DNA of 62,644 bases, the filler included, from an uncultured Acidimicrobiia bacterium (GTDB taxonomy: Bacteria > Actinomycetota > Acidimicrobiia > Spongiisociales > JAOTWH01): the NCBI GenBank assembly GCA_964347285.1. It is 22 parts of 22 records of this genome, joined end to end, with 100 filler letters (N's around TTAATTAATTAA, not from the genome) between each part and the next. Parts side by side here need not be neighbours in the genome. Positions count along the whole stretch, not along the records: positions 60,580 to 62,644 come from CAYFYE010000177.1; 21 more parts are not named here. One strand, written 5' to 3'. The translations under genes were made by a program, and so were the position numbers. The notes below the pieces were generated by a model. It had not been told where the DNA came from. It saw only the letters and a list, made by a program, of their open reading frames with translations, and searched no databases. This document shows, piece after piece, positions 62,114 through 62,644 of this stretch; positions within the stretch are counted from its first letter, which is position 1; each line of letters opens with the position of its first letter.

Positions 62114-62644
62114 ATGGAACGTGAAGCGAGGCGGCTCCATCGTCGATTGAGAAGGCTCCGGCCGGGCAGCCGCGCCCAGACCGAGGCGGCTGCGTCGGCG
62201 GCGCTGTGCGCTCTATGTCATCAGCCGCTCGATAGCCACGCTCCGGTGTGGCGACTCCGGGGAAGTCACGGATCGGTGATCGTCGCCGGAGAGTGTTGTG
62301 GTCCCCCGATTCCGCCAAATCACGCTATGGACTCTTGGACCGAGACCTACGCCCGGACTCTGTATGGATGGTGGCGGCGGGGCCGGTACCGAGCTGCTCC
62401 CTGTCAGGCCTGCGGGCGTCTGGTGCGGTCCGGCACCTATTTGTCGGGGAAGCATCACGGCCCGTGGGTGTGCTCGCGTCGGTGTTCCTGGGAGGTCTCC
62501 CAGCGGTCCCAACGGCCTCTGGTTCGAAAGCGCCGAGATCGGTCGACGCATAAGTGCCGGAACTGCGGCGGTGAGTTCGCCCCCGCCCGCTCCGATGCCC
62601 GCTACTGCTCCGGGGCCTGCCGGCAAAAGGCGTATCGCCGGCGC
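62114..62644 (+). CDS. Cys-rich protein with three zinc-finger-like motifs, 3'-partial; not in the ORF track
   Basis: MEREARR...CALCHQPL...GECC...CQACGRLV...VCSRRC...CRNCGGEFAPARSDARYCSGACRQKAYRRR. Confidence 0.7.
   Translation, partial: MEREARRLHRRLRRLRPGSRAQTEAAASAALCALCHQPLDSHAPVWRLRGSHGSVIVAGECCGPPIPPNHAMDSWTETYARTLYGWWRRGRYRAAPCQACGRLVRSGTYLSGKHHGPWVCSRRCSWEVSQRSQRPLVRKRRDRSTHKCRNCGGEFAPARSDARYCSGACRQKAYRRR

Noticed and set aside
96..62626. Many long overlapping or antisense ORFs in the track (e.g. 21693-23393, 32645-34387, 46508-48436, 54086-55780, 58435-60054)
   Set aside because: These are shadow ORFs of high-GC genes, Arg/Pro/Gly-rich and without motifs; the real genes occupy other frames.

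Overview
This is not one continuous locus. It is about 22 short (2-3.7 kb) contigs of a high-GC actinobacterial genome or bin (gene content suggests Acidimicrobiia-like; inference), joined by artificial 100-nt spacers (N44-TTAATTAATTAA-N44). Adjacency across spacers is meaningless, except for two joins recoverable from 55-nt terminal overlaps: tupBCA-moeB-moaA, and divIVA-like/PDZ-Lon/membrane protein/sortase/bioY. Most content is housekeeping or metabolic: panB, rpsF-ssb, the S10 operon, tuf, sufCS, a caa3-type oxidase, form II CoxL/CoxM-like genes, argH, a tad-like cluster, LLM/SnoaL/SDR enzymes and secreted repeat proteins. No CRISPR array, rRNA or intact tRNA was seen, and no complete novel multi-gene system can be supported. 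The best leads are: an IS481 inserted in, and duplicating, the CTAG shared by two convergent stop codons (a recurrent gene arrangement here); a candidate multi-stem structured RNA at 55860-55997; a 5'-truncated GH149-like phosphorylase; a DnaA-box-like cluster beside an uncalled triple zinc-finger ORF; two good-looking genes lacking canonical start codons; a rearranged integrase remnant; and a tRNA(CAU) anticodon-arm fragment resembling an att scar.
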